Part shown: one piece after another, positions 26,915-41,189 of the stretch
How the letters are laid out: each line of letters begins with the position of its first letter
Numbering within the stretch: position 1 is the first letter of the stretch
Source of the DNA: Octopus sinensis
Taxonomy: Eukaryota
Direction of reading: 5' to 3'
Length of the DNA stretch: 64,000 nucleotides
NCBI RefSeq assembly: GCF_006345805.1
Contig: NC_042997.1
Coordinates: 37,014,001 to 37,078,000, forward strand
Notes under the pieces: generated by a model
The model's database searches: none
Told to the model about the DNA's origin: nothing
The model's input: only the letters and a program-made list of their open reading frames with translations
Translations under genes and position numbers: made by a program

Positions 26915-27150
26915 ATATTTTATCTCTTACTTGTTTTAATCATTAGACTGCAGCGATACTGGGTCACAGCCATGAATATTTAGTCCAATGAATCGACCAC
27001 AGCACTTTGTTTTGTTGTTGTTGTTGTTCTTTTAAGTGTAACAATTTACGGAAACGCTAAGTAACGGGGACGCAAACACACCAACCCCGGTTGTCAAGCG
27101 GTGAGGGGAAACACAGACATACACGCAGACATAGACATAAATATAAACAC
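26915..27150 (-). mobile_element. 3' half of SINE (6514-7090 family)
   Basis: CGCTAAGTAACGGGGACGCAAACACACC..GGTTGTCAAGCG matches 6650-6720. Confidence 0.8.
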
Positions 27151-27165
27151 ACACACATACACACA

Positions 27166-27211
<46 letters not shown>

Positions 27212-27525
27212 GAGAGAGAGAGATACATGTACGGTTATGGATACGCTTGTGGATATGTGTTATTCGTATGGGTATGTATAAATGTTTATAATTATGTACA
27301 ATGTGCAATACTATACTGATGACGTTAATGAGATTTGCATCTCTGCACCAGAAATCGTTCTATGGTTTAAACATTTAAAAAAACATTTTGTTCACTTCTG
27401 TCGCTTTCAACCCGTGCTAATTGGGTAAATAACGTAGTTTTTAGAGCCATTTGGTCTGTACTTCTAGCAAGTGGCACTACTGATTTGTGTCATTATTATG
27501 ATTATATTTATATAATTACGTATTT

Positions 27526-27575
<50 letters not shown>

Positions 27576-28561
27576 ATATATATATAATATATACTACGTC
27601 TGTGTCTGTCTCTATATCTGAGTATGTGTGCGAGTGTGTGTTTGGGTGAGTGTGTGTGTGTGTTTGTGAGTGTGAGCTTGATTACCAGATAGTATCTACT
27701 GATTGCAAGTCTTCACTGAAGGGTTCTTATTTCTGGGACTTGCTTCTCCCAGAAGGATTGCCTTCAGTAGGACTCCGTTTTCTATCTATGCTTCCATTCT
27801 TCGCCAGCTTCATGAAACAACATTTCTACTTTCAGTTATATTTTGTGTGATATGCTATTTAGCATGAAGGAAAGGAAGCGGTAACCCAAATATTCAGCAA
27901 TGTATGACTAAGGACTAAGGACTAAGGACTAAGACGAAGGACTCAAGCAACATTTCTTCCGACTTTACTTTCTGAATTCTAATTCCGCTGAAAATTTGCC
28001 TTTCCTCATTTCGGACGATAAAAGAATGGCAGTTGTACACTGAGATAGATAATATGGACGTACTCTATCACTGAAAGTATTGGCTGTGTGCTAAAACTTG
28101 AGATCGAAATTATGTCTAAGATATTTTCGCCGAAATACCGACTTCAAAAATATATTATTTCTCGCAGTAAATAGAATTTTTTTATTCACAAGCTTGTTTA
28201 ATATCATCGAAACAAATAAATTATATTTTCAATATTTACTTAAATAACCCCCTTTCACCTTGTCAAAATATCTCAGTCTCTTTCGCGTCATGAGAATATA
28301 TGTCAGAAAAAATTACATCATACATTTGAAACAACTTTGATTTTAGTTTAAAACAGCTATTTCTACCTCCATTCTTTCGTGCCTAAAAATCATTTTTTTC
28401 CTAAAATTCCTAACAATAATAAAGGCTACTTCCATAAATATAAATTTAATTATGTAATCAACAACTGGAAAAACAACTCTTGTTCATGTATATGCTTATC
28501 CCACATAAACTTTACACGAAATTTATTTGCCTCGGTGTATCTTCAATACACCGATAAAAGT

Positions 28562-29139
28562 AAGGCGGCGAGCTGGCAGAAACGTTAGCACGCCGGGCGA
28601 AATGCGTAGCCGTATTTAGTCTGCCGTTACGTTCTGAGTTCATATTCCGCTGAGGTCTACTTTTGCCTTTCATACTTTCGGGCCGATTAAATACGTACCA
28701 GTTACGCACTGGTGTCGATATAATCGATTTAATCCGTCTGTCCGTCCTTGTTTGTCCTCTCTGAGTTTAGCCCCTTGTGGGTAGTAAAGAAATAAGTATT
28801 TCGTCTGCTGCTATCGTCTGAGTTGAAATTCCGCCGAGGTCAACTTTGCCTTTCATCTTTTCGGGGTCGATTAAATAAGTACCAGTTATGCACTAGGGTC
28901 GGTATAATCGACTTAATCCGTCCGTCCTTGTTTGTCACCTCTGTGTGTAGCCCCTTATGGGCAGTAAAGAAATAGGTATTTCATCTGTCTTTACGTCCTG
29001 AGTTCAAATTCCGTCGAGGTCGACGTAGCCTTTCATCCTTTCGGGGTTGATAAATTAAATACCAGTTGCGTAATGGGGTCCATCTAATCGACTGCCTCCC
29101 TCCTCCATCATCTTGTGTTTTGTGCCTAGAGTAGATAAG
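28562..29139 (+). mobile_element. SINE with internally triplicated body and 17-bp TSD
   Basis: Head AGGCGGCGAGCTGGCAGAAACGTTAGC followed by three body units at a period of about 180 bp. Perfect TSD AATACACCGATAAAAGT at 28545-28561 and 29140-29156. The central block resembles the Meta/MESC-type SINE domain (from memory). Confidence 0.92.
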
Positions 29140-29968
29140 AATACACCGATAAAAGTCGCAGTGCAATGGAAACAAGTGTATCTAACAATTGGGCGGACAT
29201 AAAGCAAATTATTCCGCTATTTCAAATGACGTTACTGCAGGAATTAAAGCGAAGAAGATTGAGATTTAAATGGTAAAGTTGATTTTTTATTACCCAAAAG
29301 GGATTTAAATGGTAAAGCATTACATTTGTTATTCGATCATGTATGCGCACTCGCTCCATTTGGCGGTTAATAGTGCGGTAGATTTGTAAATAAATACTTC
29401 AATTTTGAAATGCGTTGGCAAGACAACACTAACATAATGGAAGATAGAAGAAAGAAGTGCATAAATAAATACTCAAAAAGCATGGATTTTTATGACACGT
29501 GTTCTGGCCACATGAATCATAAATGTATTTTAAGAATAGGGGAGGGGTGTCTTAATTCCTTATTGACCATCGATACATCTATGTAGTTGATAATACACAT
29601 TTGGCGTGACAAATTGCGTGTTAGATTAATTGGAGTTGAATTTTAATGTACAACCAATATTCTTTACTCTGAATCAAGCTTATCCTCATTGACAACGAGT
29701 GAAATCTCTCACTCATTCTCTCGCTAAATCGTTCTCATTCATTCTTTCCCAACTTATATTTTGCCACTTTTCCACACTCTCTATTTCCTTCATCTTTCTA
29801 AAATTTTGTATTCTTTCTCTCTATCAAAACATGCATCAATCTTTTTCGTGTATGGTAAAAATGTTATGTAAGTCATTATGACTAATTATTTTTCTCTTTA
29901 AAACAAATTAAAAAATTGGTTAGTCTACTTATTATACTATGTAATGTTTTAACGGGTTAGGAGTTTGA

Positions 29969-29970
<2 letters not shown>

Positions 29971-30018
<48 letters not shown>

Positions 30019-30170
30019 CATTGTGTACAGTGCTCAGGTGCACTACAACTCATCTAAAGTGTATGTATAATCTGGTGTAGTTTCGGCGGATTTCGGAAAG
30101 CATGAGGGCCTTAAAGGATGCAGTGTCATGGAAGTCAACGACTGACGCAGGCAGTTTGTTCCATGCTTGA
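29971..30170 (-). mobile_element. 3' end of a CR1/L2-type LINE with (ATT)n tail
   Basis: Minus-strand peptide AWNKLPASVVDFHDTASFKALM (WNxLPxxVV..FK motif), then a short UTR and (ATT)n. Confidence 0.75.
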
Positions 30171-30642
30171 CGATAAATATACTACACATCTCCTGCATTT
30201 AAAAACATCTTGTAGTTTTATTTATGAAACTATCTCAATGTGTGGTTCTCATATTTCTGTCATTAGATCACTACGTTGTAAAATCTTGAACTTTGACGGT
30301 TACACGTAATTCAAAGTGTCTTTCGATAGGTGTTTTGCTTATATTCGATTTTAAAAATTCTATCATGTTCAATTAACAGTGTCACATTTGAAATAACGTT
30401 AAATCCCGAGAACCATACATAAATTGAATTAATATTCATTCGCATTATCATGTTTTAATGGGGCCTCTTTTCGTACAGAGCATTTTCATATGTGAAGGAA
30501 TAATTGTATGTACATACATACATACATACATACATACGTATATGTTCAGGAGGTAAGAGATACTCGGACACAAATGTACTTCGCTTCCAACCAACAACCA
30601 TACATTAATAATATTTTATTAACAAACAATTAATTTAAGTTG

Positions 30643-30855
30643 ACCAGCTGGTATAATCGTTCGCACGCTGATTAGAATGCTCCATTAGGCATTTCGGCTG
30701 GCTTCACATTCTGAGTTCCCATTCCGTCGAGGTCGACATTCTATGTCATAGTTTCAGTACCAGTAAAGTAAGTACCAGTTGAGTACTGAGGTCAATGTGA
30801 TCGACGAGCCGCCATCAACAATCTTTGAGACCTTGTATGTAATTTTAAAAGGATT
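30643..30855 (+). mobile_element. Decayed SINE (28562 family)
   Basis: TTCTGAGTTCCCATTCCGTCGAGGTCGAC..AAGTACCAGTTGAGTACTG. Confidence 0.75.
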
Positions 30856-31399
30856 ATTGAGGATGTTTTTTTTTTCTTTTTGATGGCATTTTTCATATGA
30901 TGCAATGAAAGAAATCTACTACAAAATTATGAAGCCGTAATGAATTCGTATGAAACCAATGAATCAAAAATATTTAAATAAAAGCTAATAAGTCACAAAC
31001 TATCAGCCTTAATATAATCATTTTTGGTATAAATAATTAATATCGTCAAAGCATATTTATAAAGACAGTATTTACCTAAATTCTTTTTCATTTACATAAA
31101 GTCTATTCCATTTACCTAAATTGGATTTGTGAAAGTACAAAATTAATACTAATCAAATAAAATAAGTGAGAGGCAAATCTATATTCGATAATTTGTAGAG
31201 GAATTCGTCATTTTTCAATCATTTCTGATTACATTTATCTGGCGTTTATTGCAAAACGTTTTGGACACAAGCTACAGAAAAAGAGAGAAATCTACATTAA
31301 CATTAATAAGGAATCGGTATTCTATGTACTAAAATAACATCAATTGTAAATTGTAATCTATGCGATATGGGGTTCATGATAATATCGCGGGCATGTATG

Positions 31400-31520
31400 T
31401 ATGCATGGACATAAAACAAACAAACAAACAAACATGCATACATACATACATACATACATACATACATACATGCATGCATGCATACATACATACATACATA
31501 CATACATACATACATACAAT
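31400..31520. repeat. (ACAT)n microsatellite
   Basis: Direct inspection. Confidence 0.95.
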
Positions 31521-31725
31521 CAGACACTCATACATATACTTTCATACAGTCAAATACACTTAGACAGAACCATCCACACGTTTTTAAAATTTTCTTATTA
31601 AAGAATAATTTTTAAGGCAGCGAGCCAGCAGAATCATTTCAGTTGTGTAGTTCGTGAGTTTTAGTGACGTATAGATACAATCATACACACACACACACAC
31701 ACACACACCACACACATATATATAT

Positions 31726-31777
<52 letters not shown>

Positions 31778-31791
31778 ATATATTATATATA

Positions 31792-32051
31792 TAAGTAATA
31801 CTAAGCAATAAGGGTTTAGCAACGAGTTGCCTTACCACACACCGAATTTAGAAATAGCAGTCAAAGGGTTATAGCTATTTCTTCTACTAAAAAGGGAGAT
31901 CTCAGTAAAAACAGCATTTTTTACTGTTGCTGTTTTTACTGAGATCTCCCTTTTTAGTAGAAGAAATAGCTTAACCCTTTGACTGCTATTTCTAAATTCG
32001 GTGTGTGGTAAGGCAACTCGTTGCTAAACCCTTATTGCTTAGTATTACTTA
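31792..32051. repeat. Near-perfect long palindrome (about 124-bp arms, 11-nt spacer)
   Basis: 31792-31916 is the reverse complement of 31928-32051, with one indel seen. Confidence 0.96.
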
Positions 32052-32141
32052 AATTTTCCTCGAATGAGGCTTTTACATGCCGAAGACTACTTGGTGTAAT
32101 TGATAATTTTTCCAAATTAATTAATTTCACCCTTCATTATT

Positions 32142-32166
<25 letters not shown>

Positions 32167-32177
<11 letters not shown>

Positions 32178-32354
32178 AAATATAAGGAATGGCAATAATA
32201 GGACATTCGACTCATTAGAAAGAGCAGCCAAACTCAAACCGCTAATAGTTGTAATTAATTTCAGAATTCCAACTATTAGCGGTTTGAGTTTCGCTGCTCT
32301 TTCTAGTGAGTCGAATGTCCTATTATGGCCATTCCTTATATTGTTGAATGTATA
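32167..32354. repeat. Long inverted repeat (about 90-bp arms, 8-nt spacer) adjoining (TA)n
   Basis: 32167-32256 versus 32265-32354, about 6 mismatches. Confidence 0.95.
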
Positions 32355-33329
32355 TTATATAGTCTTTGACTATCTTCTCTTTCTCGCTGGACGCTGGCAG
32401 CGGAGAATTTTTCTAGAATTTTTTGCTACCCTTATATTTATTAATATATATATACTTTATAATAGGGTTCAACAAAGATTTGCTTTACCACATACCGAAG
32501 TTTAGAAATAGCAGCCAAAGAACCTTAGCTATTTCTTCTACTTTAAAAAGAGACTCCCGGAATAAACAAATTACTCGAAAACAATCCTCGAAGGCAGAGA
32601 GGAAAAATAACAAAATCAATCGATATTAGATTACCCATGTTTCGGAATTAGATCGGTATAAAGAATGTGTAAGTTATACTTTACCCGAACATTTTCTTCA
32701 TCGTGAAATGGCCCTATTTCATGCCAAATCCTACTTGGTGAAATTATCGATTACTTATTAATTAATTAATTTTACCCTTTGTTATTATTGATATATATAT
32801 ATATCATACATATACGGTATCTAATTTGCATTGCAAAATTTCTGATGTGAAATTGGGTGTTGAGGCCTATATTGTATTTCGGGATGGTCATTTTTTTAGG
32901 GAAATCAACACACGGACTATATATTTTTTCCTTCACTTGTTTATAACTGTTCTTATTTTATTTAACTTCTGTCGATTGTCCGGAATCTTTCATCACACAT
33001 CTTGATTATACATTGTTGTGAATTTCTTGTTGAAGTGTTTCTTGCATTTCCGTCTGACACATACACTTTCTTAGTGTATTATGTTCATTAACCTTGTTCT
33101 TTCTTTTGGTGTGCTGATGTATTTTACCTCCCGTAGTAACATGCGTTTCAGTTTTTCTAGTTGGCTTAGTTCTGTACAACTTCAGTTCATGCATAGTAGT
33201 TAATAATAATTTAAATAATAATAATGATAATTTAAATAATAATAATAACAATACTTTAATTCTTGAGATTAATAATATCAATAATTATTCTCCTAGTTCT
33301 AATTGTAGAGTTAAGTCCCATTGTCCGGT

Positions 33330-35000
33330 ATCGGGACGATGTCTAGCCGAAAACGTAGTATACAAATGTACAGTAGTGACTTCTAATAATTACATTTATT
33401 ACGCATGTTCTGTCAATTATAAAAAAAACGTATATATAATCATTTATCATCCTTCAAACTTAAGCATTAGGTAAATTGCACAACATTATCCAATAACATT
33501 TGGGAATTAAATGAAAATAGAATTAGATTTAGCCTTAAATGGGACATAGTAAGGAAAGCATAACCTTATAAACATAGTAGATATGGATGTAAGCTCTGCT
33601 CCATGAGATTTATTAAATTTTCAAACATAAGGATAATGTAAGCATGTTAAATAACCGTTAGAACTGGGGTTCTCGTGCATACATATTACTACCCGTACCT
33701 TCAAATATTTTAGAAAATAACATTTTATTATTCCGGAATTTTTAAATCTTAAATTATACCTCTTAGATTTAAAATCAATGCAGTAATAGCATACCCTACA
33801 ATATTATTTTGTAGTCAACAGTAAGTATTAATAATTTAATACCGTGGAAAATTAAGTAAATGATTTTTAATTTCTAAAATTATTATATATATTCTATAAA
33901 CCTCATCTATTAAAGTTACTAAGTTGTATACATACTCCACAATAATTTTGGGGATTTAGCTTTTTTTCATATCTGTTTCTATGATGGTTCTACTCTACTT
34001 AATCCTTTTCAATATTCTAAAAAATTCCTTTATATAAGCCTAAATTGTTGTACACTTATATAGCCATACTTAACTTTTGATAAGCAACATAGGCATCTTC
34101 AAAAAATCTTTTTGAATTCAAATGCCAAACTTTTAACTGACTGAATATAGATTTAATTAATTTATAATACATTTGTTCTCTTATCTAAATGGTCTCATAT
34201 TTATTTATTTACAAAATTACTCTGTCATATATCTCTATAAATTTCATACTCAGCTTGTATAAACTATGCTGGCATATTCACTATTTATAACAAAAGAGAT
34301 ATGCTTAGACGAAAATGTTGATATTTTAATATATAAATTTTAACATATTCCTTTAACTTAACTTTCCTTTATTAATACCAATAATTACCATTTAATAAAT
34401 AATTATAAATGTATGTTAAGTTAGTATCTAAATATATAAATAGGGAACTATTTGTATATTTTCTGTCCCTCTATTGTGTAAAATTTTTGATTTATAACTG
34501 AAAGTATTCAAAAATATTCTTCTTAGTATTTTTAGATTAACTCTAAAATGTTTCTGTGTATATACAAATATCATTGTTTTATAGTAGGTAAATGTACTGC
34601 TACTATATGAAATCATTCTCCCAGTCCCATAAGCATTGGTATACAAAATTAGCAGCTAAAATCTTGTCTGAAATATATTCTTACTGAACCAAATGGCTTT
34701 GCTTTAAAGAAATCTTGATTTATGACTTTGCCACTTAAATTGTCTACCTCTTTCGCCCTATCCATAAAGGATACTACACTTCGTCTACTCTTAGATTTGA
34801 TAAACTAGCCTATAAATTTAAACTGAACCCCCACCCATTAGTAAATCTAAATAACAGAAATAATTAGTGTCATTTTGGAAAAACATCTAAGTTACAGCTG
34901 TGATGTTGGTAAAACATGTTATTTGTCTATCTCCTTATCCTCTTGGTGAATTTGGATAAAAATTATACAAATAAGTTCATCGAATTTAACTAAATTCTGT
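33330..35000 (-). pseudogene. Possible ancient L1/Tx1-like LINE remnant
   Basis: Minus strand shows, in order, LLMGGG (GGDFN-like), TFTYY, a KSPGxDG-like block (33654-33673) and LIPK (33499-33510). Heavily decayed. Confidence 0.35.
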
Positions 35001-35450
35001 ATTTTATGCATCTGAAGATTGCTCTACATTTTAAATTGATGTAAAGTTTGCATTGTTCAATTAAATGGAATTGCATGAAACGATCGTACTGTATTACCTC
35101 TGTATATCATTGTTGCTTATTTTGATTATAATCACCTTATTTTAAATCATATGGATAATAACATACTAAATTCTGGTGTCTTCATCTTAAGTACTATATT
35201 CATCTGAATATAAATTTTAATGAGCTTATATATATATACATAACATGCATGTTTTGAACACCTAGTTTGTATATCTTAAACTACCTCTGACGAGATTCAA
35301 CTTTCAAATAATGGTTTCTCTTATTAATTAATTGACTGAAGTTCTTGAATTAAAACAACTTTAAAGGATGTTTAACATTTTTGTGATTAATAAATAACAA
35401 TTTATTAATTACCTCTCTATTGTCTTATTATATATATATATATATGTATG

Positions 35451-35527
<77 letters not shown>

Positions 35528-35528
<1 letters not shown>

Positions 35529-35662
35529 TACCAAATCCATTCACAGGGCCATAATTGGATCGAGGATATAGTTGGCGTCACTTGTACTAGCTGTCACACA
35601 GTGCGAATGAATTCAGGAACATGTGGTGAGGAAGCAAAATTCTTACCACACAGCCACTCAAC
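35528..35662 (-). mobile_element. Decayed 5' half of SINE (6514-7090 family)
   Basis: CTACCAAATCCATTCACA..CTTACCACACAGCCACTC. Confidence 0.75.
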
Positions 35663-36407
35663 TTGGCAAATGCGTATAAAAATACTATATGCTCCCCATG
35701 CTATCTTTGACGTCACCTTTTTCTCTATCTCATGTACACCCCAGTAATACCTATTGTTACCACAATGAACTAATTCCTTAATCTAAGGATATGGATATTC
35801 GTTGTGTTTTTATTTTTCTATTGAGTCATACAAATTGTAAAATCAGGTAGATTTACTGAAATGTACCAAAATGCACTTTGAAAATATGAATAGTAATAAA
35901 TTACAAATTTGCATGTAAATAGATGCAAATACAAATACGTCATTCAAATATATGTGTCCGTGTTTAAAGATGTATTTATGTATATAGATATATATTTATT
36001 AACGTGTGTCTATATATGTATATATATATATATATATATGCATACTTACATACATACATATATCCACACGTTAATTTGAAAGGTTGCCGTATACTTTTGA
36101 ATATATATTTGTACTTGATAACACGCTGTGTAGATGTAGTCGATCAAAGTGGTAATTATTACATGCAAATAAAACAAAATTAAAACACTGTATTTGTACC
36201 ATATATTAATTACTTAATATAGATGTATTCCACTTTGATTAAACGAGCTCAACGAACATAAATCAATATATGTGTACATGCATATGTGTGAACGTATTTA
36301 CTTGTTCGAGTATATATGTATGTGTATATATATATTTTTGTGCGCATGTTTCTATAGATATATTCGTTTTATTATCATTTAAGCTGCCAAGCCATCACAG
36401 ACATATC

Positions 36408-36482
<75 letters not shown>

Positions 36483-36621
36483 ATAATATAATATATTTAT
36501 ATATGCATCTACGTATGCCTGTATATATAGAGAGAGAAATAGAGAGATAGATAGATAGATAGTGACAGAGAGGCGAGCAGACAGTGAAAGAAAGAAAAAG
36601 GTATGTGCACACACACACGCA

Positions 36622-36704
<83 letters not shown>

Positions 36705-39700
36705 ATGTAGGTCGGATTTCTAGCTTCAGATTTTATATGAAGTTAAATTGTTAGTATACAGATGGCAACCTAGTCGTAATAAAATATGTAATAAATGATA
36801 GAGTAAAATTGGAAAATTATAAATAATAAAACAAGATTGATACAGTAATTAAAACTGAGCAGACAGTGTTAGTATATACGTAAATTCTAATCGAAGTTAT
36901 AGATTAATGAAATAAAATTGCAACAATTATGTTGTAATGATAAGTTTCTAAAACATTGAATTGAAATGACAATATATATGATGGTATGAATTTATGGATT
37001 TGAATGAAAATTTGGAGTAAAATGATACGATTTTGTGGAATAATTATGAGCCTCTCCTTAGCATCGGTGCTTGTAGGAATAACCCCTGAAATACTAACAA
37101 GAGAATTATGGGTTCAAAACAATCAAATAGACTATTTACCCCATTGCCTTTGACTCGTTGTTAGAATCTGTCCTTATAGAGATGGCTAAGCTTAACAGTT
37201 ACATTAATATGAGGCAGAAAATACTCGAGATTCGGTTCCAGGAAATCTAGAAAACTTCTGACTTCTTAAGCTATACTGACAAATCGAAGGAAACGCAGGG
37301 CACAAGAATTAGCATAGATTGATGAAAACCTGAGAAAAAGTAAGCCAAGCGTGTAGCATAGCTTCCATACAGTTGATGTATCAATAACATCCAATAATCG
37401 ATTTCAGGATAAAATTGAACTACGTAAACCTTACTACTCCTTCCTTTCAAATACCACAACTCAGATTTGGCCAAACTCCTATATCCGAATTAATAAGATG
37501 CAGTGAAAATAGTATAAATAAAGATTTCCCACAATTTTACTGATCAAAGAATATGTCACATTAACAGACACCTACCCCAAAATAACGTCGAATAGAAATA
37601 GTAAGCGAACAGCACAATACTTTAAGCCCAAATTACATGAAAAAAATTCATTCAAGTGCAACGTCTTCTAGTAGGAAGAAAATAGTTCTATCATACTTGG
37701 AAGTTACTAGTAAAATATAAAATTCACAGTCCAATATCTTTGCCTAGTCATCCCACGAGAAAGTCAATAAATCAGGAAGCATCCGAATTTGCATATCTTA
37801 GAGAATAGAAATTACTGTATAACTGTTCAAAGTTACAATGCTTATAGTCATAAATATCATGATTCACGTAAAATTATGCTCGATGTCTGTTTGGTACGCT
37901 AGACTTGGTAGTTACAATTCCTTGATGATTCTTCCTACAACATGTATATCCCATATTTCAATTTCTTTTTACCAATGGTATCTATTCTTTAACGGCTTTT
38001 AATTTTAGATATTCTTTCGATGCGTGCTTTATATAAGTGAATATGTGCGTATATTCGTTTGTGTGGGTGAGTTTCAAGAGACAGTTTGTATGATATATGA
38101 TGTTCTTAATCAAGTCTCAACACATTCAGTTTGATTTTGAAAGAGCATTAGATGAAACATTTTTTTTTAATTAAAACATTAAAACTGATATTTAATAGAA
38201 ACAACACTTGCATACCTTCTCTTTATTGATTTCTGTCTTTTGCAGAGAATGTGCGAGTGAATTTAACTGAAAATTAATTTCTACCAGTATTAAATTTGGC
38301 ACTGTTTTACTTATTAATGCCGCTGTTTAATAAATGTTAAATGCCAAACTCAGAAATTGAACAACATCGAATAGTCTGGCTTGTTATTTATTGTTAAATG
38401 AATTCATGTAGCGTAGTTAGTTGTAACATTTTTCTCCAGCTACTGACTGGGATAATCTCCTACACAAATACGCGTAAGCGTTAGTGTGCGTTTGTGTTTG
38501 TATATACTGGATGAATCTGTTTGTATATATGTGTATGTATAGATGGGGGCAAATTTCGTTTTAGATTTCCAATAAACGACAGTATCCTTACAACATATTT
38601 TACGAGGTTGTTTTCGCGTTCTTCCGAACTCTTGAAATTCTATAATGAAATTAATAATCCAACGTTTAAATTCAACTCCATCATCGCATCTCCAGTGTGA
38701 ATTAATACCTGTTGCATTTATGGTGGCAGTGTGCATATTATTGGTGTAGAGAACATGAACGGAATTTGAAATCTGTCCGTTATATTTACCCTTGTGGCTT
38801 AAATGCTAATGGTAGTTTGTGGATAATGTTTGTTACCTTTGTGATTATTTGTGGTGTTACAAATATTTTCACCTTTATATCGATGTTTTGCGGCGGTGCG
38901 TGTGTGTATACATATGTTGTTCACTAATATTTTCATGTATCTTTTGTGAGTTGTGATACATTGTATTTGATCTTTGTGCTAAGAATGAGAGGTCATCCAG
39001 CTTTTAGGGTGTTATGACTGTTGGCGTCATGAAGTTTACAATTCACAAGCTTGCAATTGAGCTTAGCACAATCATATTGGTAATTCGCAGCTTGTTGGCA
39101 TGAAAAGAAACAAAAATACACGGACGCAAAAGCCTGGCAGATATAAAAGAATGTGGGAGACGCCTCTGAAACCCATTTCGCATATATTTTCCCCAACAAC
39201 AGCTTCACTATTACTGTCAAAACATTGCATCCTTCTGTAGTATCAACACTATTACAGACATTTGTTACAAGCACAGTCAAATACACACATAGCCGTGAGA
39301 TCATACAACCCAATACGAACAGAAAAATAGGAATTGTAAAATACACTTCCGTATAAAAAGACAATAAAATACTAACGAATCTCACACATGAAAATACTAA
39401 TAGATTTCCGTGGTTTCATAGATAAAACACCGAACAAAGATCTGCTAGTTGAAATACCTTCAGTAAACCAGAGTGCCAAACAGCTGTTACTCCTACAGCA
39501 ATAAGTTAAATGATCCTTTCTCACCTGCTTATTTCTTGTGGATCATTTCTATGCTCTGATGGACAGTGTAAATGCACGCGTTGTGAAGACAGCTTGGAAG
39601 CAGGACCACCCTCATCAACGACTCCAGGTCACAAGAAGTGAAGGAAATGTAGAGCATAATATATTGAAACATGTACGTTTAACTTTAGTAAAATATATAT

Positions 39701-40182
39701 TAACCGACAAGTGCAGCACACTCCATTTGAAGTGAGATTTACCAAGCAAAGTAGGATCAGATCAATGTATATTTACACACTGGATGTTTCTACCGAGTTA
39801 GCAGAGCTAAGGTGATATTGCTTGGATATTTAAGCAAAGACACTGGAATAAACTATTCAGAATACTTTGAAAATAGATATCGCACAGCAGTGTACTCTTT
39901 TATATTAATCAAGCTTATAATAATGCAAGCATTCCTACTTAAGTCATCTTTTGTGAGATTCTGAGAGGCAGAAAATTACAACATTTCAGATACTCTATCT
40001 TAATGGAGTTTGGACAATAATCGGGTATTGAAAATAGGGTTACTTTACAACGGAACCACTACATGCAGTACGGGTTCACCGAAAGCTCTGTACAAATCGT
40101 GATCGGTCACTAGAAAGTCCAAATGATTTCAACTGCCGTAAAACATCAAGCGATTATGATTTTTGTCGTAAATGTACTGATT

Positions 40183-40385
40183 TTGACACATAGCTAGACA
40201 TCTGAGTGGATGATGTACATCGATTACATCGACCACTATCCTCCGTAGGTAATTATTTTATCGACCACGAAATAGATAAAAGGCAAGGTCAACCACGGCG
40301 GAATTTGGACCCTGAGCATAAAGGCAGACGAAATGCCGCGAAGCGTTTTCCCTGGCATCCTAACAATACTCCCATCTCTCCGCCT
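40183..40385 (-). mobile_element. Decayed SINE (28562 family)
   Basis: ATTTTATCGACC..AAAGGCAAGGTCAACCACGGCGGAATTTG. Confidence 0.75.
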
Positions 40386-40706
40386 TCATCTAAATATATA
40401 TTACAATATGTTTTGTAATACCTACGTATCCAATAATTTTGTGTAGTATGTAAGGAACAATATTGCTACTAAACAGAGAAGTGTTTTTATAATAATAAAA
40501 TTGAAATGATTCAGTTTTGCTTCTCGTCATAATTATTGTTGCAAATGTCGACTATTAAGTTGGTTTTGTATTCATTAATATCAATATTTATTAATTCTAT
40601 TATTTTGCGTTGTTTTGCTTTCGGTCTCTCGGAAATAAATAAATATATAATAGATATATACACACACAAATTCATACATGTGTATCTGTGTGTATTTATA
40701 CAGATA

Positions 40707-40795
<89 letters not shown>

Positions 40796-41189
40796 ATTCT
40801 GATGGAGAGAATAACTTATGTCTGTGTTAACTATGGTTTTCTATGGTAACATTTTTAAAGGTGCCTAGTTTTCGGTGTAATTACGCTGTAAGATTACATC
40901 ATATTGGAGTGTTAGGAAAAACTGCAGAATTATGTTTCGTGATAAATGATAAGTCTCATATAGTCAGGTGATGTTCGGCACGGCGCGGTTTACTAGTTAG
41001 TAGGAAGCTGGTTGCTTAAGAATGGAGTTCTAAAAGTTACAAAATTACCCGACTATTTAGAAGACACCTATCTATGCATTTCTACACTGGACAAGTTGGC
41101 TTGCTGAGCTAGTTTGAGGTTTTACTGCCGCTCATTTTTGGTGTCGAAGCTGTGTCTGCACAGAAGGGAGACCACATTTTACAACACTA

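Noticed and set aside
27313-27365. CTGATGA...GAAA as a hammerhead (similar lone heptamers at about 19100 and 21191)
   Set aside because: No stem II closing the core; expected by chance.
28562-29139. CRISPR-like or satellite array
   Set aside because: The units are SINE bodies of about 180 bp with no unique spacers, and the context is eukaryotic.
38440-39500. Cluster of 67-130 aa ORFs
   Set aside because: No domain motif recognised on either strand.
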